A stretch of 63,961 bases of DNA, from positions 618,632 to 682,592 of the forward strand of contig NW_005434654.1 in assembly GCF_000315625.1 (NCBI RefSeq), written 5' to 3'. This DNA is from Guillardia theta CCMP2712. Lineage: Eukaryota > Protista > Cryptophyta. A program made the position numbers and the translations under genes. This document shows, piece by piece, positions 13,601-25,510 of this stretch. A model generated the notes under the pieces. The model saw nothing but the letters and a program-made list of their open reading frames with translations, was not told the origin of the DNA and made no database searches. Position 1 is the first letter of the stretch; every line of letters starts with the position of its first letter.

Positions 13601-16600
13601 GAGGAAAAGGTTGTCAAATCTACACATGCCAGCTGAGCAATTTTTGGAAAAGGATTGGTCCGGATGACAAGCGGTAAGGTTGGGACCTGCAGCTTGATTC
13701 ACAATTTGAAAGCATGAAGATACGGTGTAGGTCCCATAGACACGATTTGAAAACTTGTCTAGTGCTTCGATGACAGGAAAGGGGAGAAGTGGAACTCCGA
13801 GAAACTGACTACCAGCTGGCACTTGCACGAAGTGAAGGGATGCGACAGGACCGGCTGTGATGGAGAAGGAAGGGCTGGACACTGAGGAGGAACCAATTGC
13901 AAAGGAGAGAACGAGACTTTCATGAGCTTGAAAGATAGTGATGTTGGCCAACGAGCAGAGGCCGATCTCACAAGTTGTCGCGCCGCCGTCGAAGGCTGTT
14001 GCTGGCAGAGTGATGGTGCCGTTGCCCTGCGACATTTGGAGAGCCAGCGAGACATCAGCGCGGGAGGTCCATGCCCTGATGCCGTAGTTGTCAGAAAGGA
14101 GGAGGACAGCCTTGGGCTCCAGCACTTGCCCAGCAGTAAAATTCTTGGCGGGAAAGAAGTCAAGGACGAGATGGGCAACGTCGCCATGCACATCGAACTT
14201 GTCTGAAATCACGGAGATGCTGGTGGAGGTCTCCGAGATCTTGAGGCGATACTCCTTGGCAGGCGTGTCGATGGCCAAAGATGAGAAGATTACACAATTA
14301 TTTTCTTGTGTTGTTGCTGTTGATCCATGCAGAGAAGCAAGATTGAGGTACACAAGCGTCGCAGCAAAATTGTTCGACGCCTGTATGATCGCATCGTTTC
14401 CACCTGCATCTTTGGCGCAAGCCGTGACAGGTTGTGAAAAACTGACACCAGCGTGCACATGAGTAGGCTGTTGAAGGAGAAACAAACTTGCGATGGAACC
14501 ATTCACAACTTGAAACGGATCAGACCATACGGATATGTCCATGTAAGTGAACAGAAGACGATACCCCCGTCCTACTCTGTCGATGGCGAGGTTTGTGAAC
14601 GTCACGACGTTTGAGTAAAAGAGCACCTTCGTGCTGCCCCTGAGCATTGAGACTCTTCCATTCGAATCTACAAGCGATGCGGTCACAAATCCGTTTCCTG
14701 CCAAGATCTTCCCGTCCAGCTGTTGGGCAACGAGTTGCGGCTGCTGATGGAATGGCAGACCGCCGCTCTCATTGCTCGGTTGGCTCTGCAGTATCAGTGA
14801 GGGCGAGTTCTGCATGATGTAAATCGGCTGCGAGTTGACAGAGAGAAATGGTTCGCTGGCATTGTCAGCTAGTGATATGAGAAACTGCAACGAACAAAAC
14901 CCTGACTCCGCGAAGATAGAGATGTTGGAGAAAACAGCCCTGCCTTGTTGTGCTCTCACTGTCGTCTCAAGTGCTGACGGGCTACCAAGCCCCTTGCAGG
15001 TCGACGAGGACACGAGGCGGGCAGTGACGAGATGGCTGGAGGCGAGGACTGTGCTGGACGCGGACGATGAGACGATTCGCAATGTCGGTTGCCTCCTGAG
15101 CATCTGCCCGTTGACCGCGAGAGCCGGAGGGACTTCAATCTCAAGAGCGCTGATGCTCGAGACCACCACGTTGCTCTGAACGGTAGAGAAGACCGTCGAC
15201 CCCCAGAGAGCGTTGGCAGAGAAGACGAGCGCGTAGGTCCCGTTGACCGCGATCCTCAAGTCCGTGAAGGTTGCCACTCCTGCCTGCGCTTTCACACTTG
15301 TTTGACCACCTAGAAGAGAGGAGGAGGCGCCACTGATGGCGACAGAGATGAAACATCCTGCCGAGTTGCAGCTGTCCCCATCAAAGTCAGTCACTACTCC
15401 CCCGCTGGTGTCAACGGCGGCGATCTGAGGCTGCGGCTGCAAGAGGCCGTTCATCTGCAATATGCTACCCAACGTAACGACCTTGGAGACGATGGTGGCA
15501 ATGGGGCCCGAGACTATCTCTACCGGGGTTGAGGATACTGCGAATCCCGAGGAAGAGAAGAGCAAGACAAAAAAAGCGCTGCTTCCTGACACAGGAGTGA
15601 TGCTGAGGTCGGTGAAGGATGCTGTGCCGTTGATAAACGCTGCTGTCGTATGTCCGTTGAGCACTCCCTTGTCTTCTGTCGACTTCGATAACTTCACATC
15701 AAGAGCCCCGACGAAGCTTAAAACTACATTACTGAACGCGTCGAGAATCGCAACAACCGGTTGTTTCCCGGGAGCGATGCCACGGAGACTCGAGTCCATC
15801 TCGGAGACTACTACTAAGTTGGAGGCTCTTCCAGCGATGACCTCGAACGGGCGCGAGAAATTCACAATCGGATTCCCATAACCAACAGGGGTGAACACGA
15901 ATTTCAACGAGAGCTTGGAGGAAGCGAGCTTGATGGAGAGATCGGTGAAGTAGACGACATCCTTGTGCACGTCCAGCTGTTTGGTTCCCTCCAGAGCAGA
16001 CGAAGCCTTCCCGTCGACGTAAAGAGAGACGAGGACTGACCCTTTGATACAGTCGCACGAGATGCGCGAGTCATCGTTGTCACGGAAAAGCACTTGAGGC
16101 TGACCCAGCCAAGGTGCTCCTGCGATGCGATCGATCGCGGTGATCTGGATCTCAAGGTTGCTCACCGTCCCTGTCACTATGAAGGATGAGGAAAGAGCAG
16201 GCTGGAGGTTTTCGGCAACGAAGACAAGAGAGAAGCCGCTCCCCGCGAGATTCACGCTCAGGTCAGTGAAGTCAGCCAAGTTCTCCTGCATCTGCACTGA
16301 CGTGTTGCCGTCTAGTCGAGCGGTGGGCAAGAGGACGTTGCTGAGAGACACATTGACAAGCAGCCCAGTTCGTATGATGGAATTGCCCCCGGCATCCACC
16401 GCGATGATCTGAGGGGCAGGGACAATAGTTTTGCCGATCATCGTGTCCCTCGGTTGTGAGAGCAGTCTGAGGCAACACGGCTGACCTTGCAGAACCAGAA
16501 ACTCACTTGGAGGGGAAAGAGCTCGGTTGATAGACAAGAACATCAGATATCGCCCTACTTGATTCACTGTTACGTTCACTTGGAAAACGCCGTTGGAAGG

Positions 16601-19600
16601 ATTCAGATTGTTGACCACGCGTGACACATTCGTCGCGTTGTAGTCTGAGCTGAGAGGTACAAGAGTGATGGTGAGATTGCAGGGCTGTGTCAGAGAGTTG
16701 TTGGCGACATCTGACGCGCGGAAGTAAAGCTGGTGGGGCTGAGCTGAGACAAGAGCGGGAGGAAGGCGTCGCACGAAGGAGATGGTCTGGACGAATCCGA
16801 GTAGAACTTTGACAGCATTTGATGTCACTGAAACGGATGGATGCGACGGCAAAGCCGAGGAGAGCAAAGTGAACCGCAGCATGAAAGTCTCATCCACTGA
16901 GACATTCTGTATTTGCAGGTTGGTGAATGTTGCGTATCCTTGATGTGTTTGCACGATCGTGTCACCTCCCAGAACTGCGAAGCTGGAGTTGGAGGCGATC
17001 AAATCAACACTGACCTGTGCATTCGCGACAACAGCAAGGTTGCTATACCCATCATTGACTCCAAGACAGGGTTGAACAGAGAAGACTGTGTCAGCAGCGA
17101 CGGTCAGGGGTTGTGTGACGAGCTGCAGGGATCGGGCAGGGCCGTTGGTCACATTCAGTATGCTGACATAGACCGGAGGGATGGTTGTTGAGGTGCCAGG
17201 GATCTCAAACTTGAGAGTGTACGGCCCGCCGGTCGTACTGAGAAACAAGTCGGTGAAGTTCGAAACTCCAGCGTTGAATTGTGTCGACAAAGTTCCCTGA
17301 AGGCCAGCGATAATGCTGTTGTCATAGATAAGAGAGACCTTGACTGCGCTGCTCGAACCGTAGACTATCCGCCCGAGGCTATCGAGGGCTTGGAGGAGGG
17401 GAGGGGGATTGATGACCTCACCAGCCATCACCAGACTGTAGCTGGGCGGAGAGAGAATGGAGATCTGGGAGACTGCATATGTGATGCTGAAGAAAGGCGA
17501 CATCACTCGGAAGCAGCTTGTCTTATACTGACATTTGAAGAGAATTTGCTTCCCGCTGATTTGGCTGTCGGTCGGAAAGCTCACTCTGATATCTGAGAAG
17601 TTTGCAATCCCGAAAGCTCCTCTCACACTGAAGATCCCGTTGCTGAAGACAAGATTTCCGACAGCGGAGGCCGTGCAGTCAAGGCTCTCAATCACCGGAA
17701 TGTGATTGTAAGTCTCGTCGAGCAGGCGAAGCTCCACTGCCGGGGAGAAGCTCGCGTCTGCGATCGCTCCTGCTGGAAACCTGTAGAGGGAGAGTGCCAC
17801 TGCCGATCCGTAGAGGCGGAAGGGGGAGCTCACCTTGTACAGCGAGAGAGTTCCGTCCTGCGATGAGCAGGAGAAGTTGAGAGCGAAGCCGAATCCAGCT
17901 GAGTCGATTCTGATGTCTGTGAAGCTCGCTATTCCGTTGCTCGTCAGCTTCCTCAAGGTGCCAGAGAGAAGAGCAGAGTTGCCGTTGGTCAGGGAGATCG
18001 CGCAGCTGAACGTGCTGGACACCGCGTTCAGCCCCTGGTCGACGACCTTCACCGACACGCTTTGCTGGAAGACTTTGAAGCCGAATGAGTCGACTGGCCC
18101 CTGGACCACTACCAGAGCGGTAGGAGTCCCTTGCTGCACCGTCAGGACCTGCTTCACGGACAGCCCGTCCGTCGAGAAGAGCAGAACTCGAGCGCTGGAA
18201 GCGAGGGAGAGCTGGAGGTCTGTGAAGAAGGCTCTACCTCTCTGGAAGGCGATGCTGGTAGTTCCCAGCAGTGGGTCTGCAATTGTGTCGTTGGCCTGGA
18301 CACGAGCGTATCTGCTGTAGGACAGGACGGTGGAACCGAACTGGTCGAACACAGCCAGAGCTGGTTGAGTGCCGAAGGGTCTGCCGCCTGCTGCGTTCTC
18401 AGCGATGGAAATCAGCCTCAGCTCTGCAACGCTGCCCGTTACGACGATGGGGGGAGAGGAAGTGCGAACTATAAAGCTGCTGGAGACGTTCCAGTAAAGA
18501 AACTCAATCCTGAAGCTGGTGTCTAAGGTGGTGATCTGCAGGTCGAAGAAAGAGATCATCCCTTGGGCCGCTGCCACCTGCGTCACTCCGACGAGGTTCG
18601 AGTCCGCTGAGCTTCCGCTGAGCTTTCGGGCTAGGACGTCACCACCGAAATCCGTTACGAGATTTCCTCCTGCATCCCTTGCGCTCAGCGTCGCTCCTGG
18701 GCTGAGGGGAACAAGAGCGACGGCACTGGTCGCGACGGTCTCGACGTGCAGCGATGCGATCACGCCGAACGACACGGAGAAACTGTTGGAAACTCCAGAG
18801 ACGTTGAAGGAGCTCGCGTATGACAAGATTGCCATGTCCTGACCGATAGTGGATAAGTTGAAAGCCAATATCGCTTGACCGCTGATGAGCTGAATCACTC
18901 CAAGCATATGCACCTGCTTGTTGTCATCCACAAGCGAAAAAGAGGCATTCGAGTTGAAACCCAGGACGATGCTCGAGCATACGTCCACCACCATCAGCTC
19001 CATCATCATTTGCTCTCCGACTCTTGAGACTGCCGGAGAGACGAGCAGCTGAATGGAGCTGGGACGTCCAAACCAGACGGCAAAAGTCTGCGATCTGATG
19101 TTGATCTTCGAGACATTGCAGGAGAACACGAACTGAAAACTCTCTCCCACATTCCCGACGATCAGGTTGGTGAAGTCAGCGACCCCATTTCTCGCCAGGA
19201 CGATAGTCGTGCCCTGTATGCTCAACAGCTTCCCGTCTGTCACAGACAGCATCTCGACAGCAACTCCGTCTTGACTTGCTCTCACTGTGTTGCCGTAAAC
19301 ATCCATCAGTGTTACAAGCACATCGAAAACTTGACCACACTGAAGGTTAGAGGCAGGGAGAGTCACGAGAGCTGAAGATACCAAGCCTGATACGTCAAAG
19401 AGCTGAGAGGATGCAGTGAGTTGCGCGATAATACCATTCCCTGTTTGAATTTGTGCCGTGAACAGCAATTGATAGCCCTTTCCAGCATTGTTGAGAGAGA
19501 TGCTCGCAAATTTTGCTTGCCCATTGACAAAGTTCTCCAGGCAAGGAAAGGAGCCGGAGCACATGAGAGTTGCTCCTGTGGGATTTGATTGGAGGATCGC

Positions 19601-21445
19601 AGAGCATGAGAAGCTGCTGATTCCGTCCATGATTGTGTTGCCGAACCTGTCATGCAGCTCCACCAGCGGAGCAGGTTGCAACGCACTTCCGACCACTCCG
19701 GCGAAGGGTTGACGAGCAATGAAGAGCTCGAAGATTGCAGCAGGAAACACCTCAAATGATGACGAAACGTTGGAGATGTTTCCAATAGTCAACACCAACT
19801 CATACCTTCCTGCGATCTCCAGGTGCAGGTTTGCAATCTCTACAAATCCCTGATCGGCATATTGAGCTTGAGAGATGTTGGAAGTAAAGACGGCAGAAGG
19901 CAGACTATTAGCGATGCTGCCAACTGACTGGATATAGGTCAAGATTGTCACGCCCTGAACGATAACATTCGAAAAACGATCCAGAAGACGAATGCGAGGG
20001 TTAAGATAGGAAAATTCTCCTGCTGTCCAGTTAACAGCAGGTTGACGTACCACCTCGATAGAGGCTGCTTGGCCTGGTATCACATCAAAACTGTTTGCCG
20101 TAGTCACTGAGATTGCGCCGGACTGGAACCGAACTTTATATCCAACACCTGCTCTTCCAATCGACAAGTCTGTGAACCTGACAACTCCTTTGACAAATTG
20201 CAATCTGCTGGAACCGGACATTGCTTGCAGAGCTTGTGTCTGACCATCAAGTGCCCAGGCTTCTACAATCAGTTGACTGGACTCAACTACTGACCCACGC
20301 TGGTCGGTGACAACAATAGATGGCTGAACCTCGAAGGGCACAAGAGAGGCATATGTCTTAATGTTTGGAAAGCTGTTTGAAATCGTTAAAAACTGTTCAC
20401 TTCCGGTCACGACAAGACCGCTGTAAGTCACTGCGAAAGAGATGTTTCCGATGCTGGTGTTGAAGACCACGTCGTAGACAGAAACGATGCTGACAAAGAT
20501 CCCAGAGAAGACAGCGACTCCTTGATCGCTGAAACGATAGTTCAGCCCATTTCTGCTGAAGATAGCCACACCGTCTCCACGAGCCCCTTTGGAAACAGTA
20601 ATCTGCATCCGAAGAGGAATGATGTTTCCACCAGCATCACGCGTTGAAATTGTAGGACTTGGATTGAAGTCACTGTTCGCTATTGCTTGCTGAGGAAACA
20701 CATCGATAGAGAGGTAAGACAGTTGGCCAGGTATAACATCAAAGAATGATATAGAAGTTGCTAATATTCCATGAGGAATACATGAAGATATTGTACAGGT
20801 TTGTTCTAGTTGAAATCGCAGAGAGTAGGAGGCCCCGACTTGCAATATTTTCAAGGAGTCAAAGACGGCTTCGCCGTAAGACATGATCTGCACCGTCTGA
20901 CCTACCAGGTCGCACCTTGCTCGACATCCCATCAGTTGTACACTGACAGGAATCCCACTGGCCGTGGTCACGGTCTTGAAGCTAGGGTCTTTGAGAGCGA
21001 CCGAAATGGGCCCGAAGGACTTGCCGCCGAACAAAGTCTCGTTGACGGAGATGATCTGACACAAGTGAGAAGAGCCGGGTATCAGGCTTGTGAGCCCATT
21101 GCTGGACAGCAGAGGGTTCGACCCCGTGCATTGTGCGGCTGACCGACAGGCAGCCCCTGTATTTGTGGGCAAACAATTCCCGCATTGCGTGTCCAAGCAC
21201 CCTGTCATGCAGCCTGCTCCCGGCGTGACACAGGCTGTGCCGTAACAAGTGGAGCCATCACAGAATGGTGAGCCCCCAGCGCATGACCCTTGCAGCTCAA
21301 AGGGGAGGGAAGTCACCACAAGCTGCGTTCCGTATTGCGTCTGCGAGCACAGAGCAAGAGGAGCGATGGTCATCAAAGATATGAAGGAGCATCTCACAAG
21401 GAGCAATGTCCACTTGTTCGACTTCATGAGCGCCTTGTGCAGCAT
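1655..21445 (-). CDS. Giant secreted or surface protein (~6,535 aa): signal/anchor, Cys-rich cap, dozens of bacterial-type Ig-like modules, FN3-like domains, two C-terminal LysM domains
   Basis: Exons 21445-11279, 11199-7477, 7421-2001 and 1951-1655 are joined by phase-0 GTAAG..AG introns at 11278-11200 (79 bp), 7476-7422 (55 bp) and 2000-1952 (49 bp), giving DNSL|VSMY, PILR|VMDAAGN and KYCIQ|EGESLYDIS. A ~110-aa module recurs: QP..aG..f..QP.v...D.gGN......L.G.......G.a.FTDL.I...G..Y.L.F. FN3-like motifs: VKWQNPP, ISWYSP..NLTSGRGYTFEVRS, VSWLPP..LQRGETYEVSV. LysM-like motifs: YCIQEGESLYDISHVWRTTWLNLWSGN and YKALASDTLQSLSAKFMVTIDDLVFWNPDL..LVEGQAICI. Confidence 0.85.
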
Positions 21446-21580
21446 CTATCATCGCATGCCCCCGCGCCCTCGCCGTGTCTTGGCGCGCATTTTCTTTCCT
21501 TGACAGCTCTGGTCACCCTCATCAACTGACGAACAATCTGGCCCTCATCTCCTCTCTGACCATCCCGGCCGGCACTGGCC

Positions 21581-24500
21581 CACGGGGGTAGAACTACTAT
21601 GTTCGAATTGACAGGCGGGCCAACCCCTGGTCGGTGAATTAAACAGTACAAATAATTAGTTAAATACCCCCCCCCCCCCGCTTCGCCTCCATGCGGTCTG
21701 TGTGGGGCGCTATGGCAGTTTTTTCAGGGGGTTCTGCATGCCATGGCAGGGTATCACAACAAAATTCAAATCCGATTTTTGGCGGGCAAACCTGTGACCC
21801 CCCTCGCCATGGGCAAGCCGAAGGTGCGGAAGACCGAAACATGCCAATCATGCCAAAAACCAAGAAAGAAGGCCAGTGTTCGAAGATGGCAAGGTGTGCC
21901 TGTTTGCACAACTTGTGTACATTTATTCAAAACCCAAAAGGATGAGTGTGGTTCTAAGCGGATTTTGCTCTCGAAGTGGGATGATACCTTGGTTTTCAAG
22001 CTGTTGGATTTCTTGCAATGTCAAGATCATGCAACTTTGTCTTTGGAGTGTGAAGACAACAATCTTCTCACTTCAGCGACCCAGCATCTGAAGTTAAGTC
22101 TTCGTTCTGTATCCTTGTTTGAAGTCCAAAAGAAGCTAAAAGTCCTTGGAGATGTTTACGGACATACATCAGAAGGGTTTGCGAAATGCTTTCTCTACTA
22201 TTACACCAAGGTTTTCGAAAAACAAGCATCTGGAAATCCACATGCAGGAACCACTGCTATTTATGAGCATTTAAATCGACTTCGTACACAGCTTGGTAAT
22301 ATGCACAGAAAGCATCGAACTCTTTTTTCCCGAATCGAAAAGTGGTCTACCTCACATTTCGAAGATTTGAATTCATTACAATCCACGATTCACGATTACT
22401 TTTTGCGGTAAGTCTGTGATGTTGCTTTCTTCCCCTCTCTGTAGTGTGATCATTCTGCAGATATGCAAAATTGTCGGATGAGCATGTTGATCCATGTCCC
22501 CCAAAGAAGCACACCAAGGCAGACTCCGAGCTGTTCATTCAGACAGTTTGTGAAACGTTCAGAACCCTTGATGGCAACACCCGATGTGAAATCATCCGAA
22601 GGATTCTGAGTGAGCACGACTCTCTGTGTCAAGCACAAAAGAAAACATCGGAGCATGAGTTCTCTGCGATATGCAATGTCGAAAGAGCAGTTTCAAACTT
22701 ACATGCTTGTGGATTGCCAGATGTAGTTTCTGAATTGGTGATGTTTGCCAGTAATGATATCGACGCTTTCAGAACAACACACAAAATCATGCCGTACTTG
22801 GTAATGGATTGGTGTCGTCAAAGTTTTAGAGCGAAAGATTCGAGGGGCATGAGATTCTCCCCGGAGATTATCAGTTTCGCATCAACACTCAAAAACCTTG
22901 GCAATGCGACAATGTTGCGGTTCCTGTCAGGGCCAGGGAACAAGTTTACAGACAATTTCCATTCTGATCAGGCTTTACATAACTTGCCTCTGCCATGCAT
23001 CTCTACTCTTTGCAAGCATCAAAGTGCTGACATGAAAACACGAGATGTGAAAAGGTCAAGAATATGTAGCGAAATTTTGGACAATTACAGCGAAATGATG
23101 AGTACTAACCTTGTAGATGGTATCCACGTGTTGGCGATGGACAAGACGATGATCAATGCTGGTTTTTGTAAAGAATTCGAAGATTGCGAAGCAGATTTAG
23201 GCAACCAGTATGGATGATCGAACTCTATGTTCCTCTATTGCTGCATACATTTCAGGGCTATTCAAGTTCGAGCCTCCAATTTCAGAGCACGACATTGAGA
23301 GTGAGTGCACCTTGAACAATGCCGATGAATACGATGGGGAAGACCTGTCGTCATTGTCAGTCACACCTCAGTCGGGAATGGTACACATGGATGTGCCGGA
23401 GATGAGAGATATCAAAAATTTTGTTTTGCAATTGCGACGCAACCAGGCCATATGGCAGGTTCAGAATGAGAAGACGCTAAGATGTAGCACGAGCAAGAGG
23501 CCAAGATTGACCTTGAAAGACATGTTCTGTAGGCTGAAAATATTTTGCCGAAGGTATGGATACGAAGAAGTTCTGTCATTAGCCAATGACAATCAAGATG
23601 AGGAAGAAACATACACTCCATGGGAGATGGAGCGAAGGATAGCAGATGGGCTAAATGAGCTGGATGAAAACAAGATCCGCTTTAAATTTGACGAATGGCT
23701 GTCCAATCCCGTCATCTCTCCTATCACCAAGAAGTTGTTATTCTTCTCACCGTGCATTAACCACTTGTTGAAGAATGTCAGGCATTCGATTGGATCAGGG
23801 AAGTCACAATCGTCTTCACCGGAAGCCAAGATATGGCATAAAGCTTACAGTGATATCGCCAAGAAGAATCCATCATGGATGTCTCAGATGGAGGTCGATG
23901 GAACCGCCGATCCACAATCTGTGGATATCATGCTGAAGATGTTCAGTGAAAAAGCCATCAGTCTACTGAAGGCAGAAGGGCATGAAGCGACAGCCAGAAT
24001 GGCAGAAAGTATGTCTGGCCTTCACAAAGCATTCGATCAAAGAGGTCTGACAGTTTCAGAGAGGATACGTCTAGTACGCGAAGCTCGGAGTTGGTTGTTG
24101 GAAGGGATCGACTGGACCACGGTCAGCCAGAAACACGTGAAAGGATTATCTTCTGTCGCGTTTGAAGGTTTCATAGTGGCAATTGATACTCATCTGCAAG
24201 TACAGCAGTACGTGAAAAATAAGAGACATGTGCTTGGAGACGGAGACTATGACTTCAACTCACGAACTCTCTGCACCGATAGTGTGGAGAATCTGTGGTC
24301 ATTGATTGGCCATCTGAACAAGAAGGATTTCTTGAGAAAATTCAATCAGGCTTGCACAGAGTTATGTAAAAAGGTGGACCCTGACCTGCCCTTTGTGTAC
24401 GAGCATTCGAAAAAACGAATTGTCCTCAGCCAACCGCATGAACGGGACACTTTCAACGTACGGAATGGATCAGATAATGACGGGGAAGCTGAGAACAGCA

Positions 24501-24894
24501 CACATAAGAACAGGCGAAGACGAATTTATGCTAAATCAGCACAATGGGATGGAGGCCTCAATGGTAACATGCCCGGGTTTCGGGGATTACGTGACATTGC
24601 TGGTTGCAAGTCGAAAAAGAGGTATACGAAAAGTAGAAAACATTAAAAAGAGCGATAGTGACATCCGAATCATTGGTATCATGAGATAGAACTCACATTT
24701 CTCTGATAGACTGTGAGGTTTTGACAATTGTCATCATCGCGCTTTTTGCTTTAATCATCCTTAAACCTGGTCGCGGCCTGGCTGCCATTGCGATTTCCTG
24801 CAAACTTACCCACCCCCTCCCCATCAACATACCCTCTATCATTGAGGGAAAGACACCGGTCCTAGACCCTTTTATCGCGAGTTCCACCCCCGTG
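21581..24894 (+). mobile_element. Complete cut-and-paste DNA transposon, P-element-like, 3,314 bp
   Basis: TIRs CACGGGGGTAGAACT (21581-21595) and AGTTCCACCCCCGTG (24880-24894) match at 14/15 with CA..TG termini. Perfect flanking direct repeat GCACTGGCC at 21572-21580 and 24895-24903. The interior is AT-richer and encodes a transposase. Confidence 0.9.
21743..24646 (+). CDS. P-element/THAP9-like DDE transposase (~900-920 aa, spliced)
   Basis: Intron 22408-22460 (GTAAGT..CTGCAG) joins the 222-aa and 248-aa ORFs in frame. The join to the 478-aa ORF needs a second intron (candidate 23168-23255) or a frameshift. Motifs resembling P transposases: HVLAMDKTMI (first D), RIADG (second D), FFSPCINHLLKNVRH (DxxHL.K..RN position), DPQSVDIMLKMFS, HKAFD, RTLCTDSVENLWSLI (QD..EN.F equivalent). 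Confidence 0.75.
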
Positions 24895-24962
24895 GCACTG
24901 GCCTCAGCCCGGCCCCTGTCCGAGTGGGCCTGCCTGTGCGATCGGACTGCCAGGAGTGTCAG

Positions 24963-25006
24963 GGTCAAGCCTCCTCGACTCTCCTGATTGTCCTCGTACT
25001 GATTTT
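24963..25006 (-). repeat. Dispersed non-coding motif, copy 1
   Basis: The reverse complement reads AAATCAGTACGAGGACAATCAGGAGAGTCGAGGAGGCTTGACC and matches 60878-60920 and 39670-39691. Confidence 0.8.
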
Positions 25007-25510
25007 TGTCCGCCGCCGGCCCATGACGTGACAGTGATGCCCCCCGTGACGGTGTCCCGCAGGGGTAGCCCACCGGGCTGCCGGCAGGGGTCACCCCTGT
25101 GCATAAAACTCTCGGAGTTACGGCACCACGCCGCTGGGTCGCGGCGCGGCCGGGCCCGGGGCCCCGGCGGCCGCCGAACTTGACTAGTATCACTGATGCG
25201 ATCCGAGTCACTGACGCATGGAGACTACCGGTCTAAAAGCAGTCATGTGCACCCCTACATCGTCCTGGGAGGTGATGGAAACCAGGCACAAGATGCACGG
25301 GGTCGGGAGGGTGAGGGGAGAAGCGGTTAAGCCTCTGAACACTCAGCAGCAGCACGTGATTGCAAGTGTCTAGCGCACCTTGGAGCTGAGTGCGCAGCTA
25401 CAAGATCGTGGCACATCATTCTTTATCCTGAAGTTGCTGGAGGGCTTCAGATTCGCTGTCGTCTGTGATCCCTGCCTTGTGACATAAAGGATCTTTCTTG
25501 CTCCACTCCC

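Noticed and set aside
1959-21445. Three separate giant genes (1833, 1264 and 3419 aa)
   Set aside because: The ORF overlaps coincide with canonical GTAAG..AG introns that join all frames in phase 0 and complete interrupted modules.
21581-24894. Fanzor/TnpB cargo in the transposon
   Set aside because: No RuvC-like ORF is seen. The transposase fills the element and only about 250 bp remain before the right TIR.
24693-25211. 172-aa minus-strand ORF
   Set aside because: It spans the transposon boundary and a GC-rich repeat, so it is open because of base composition.
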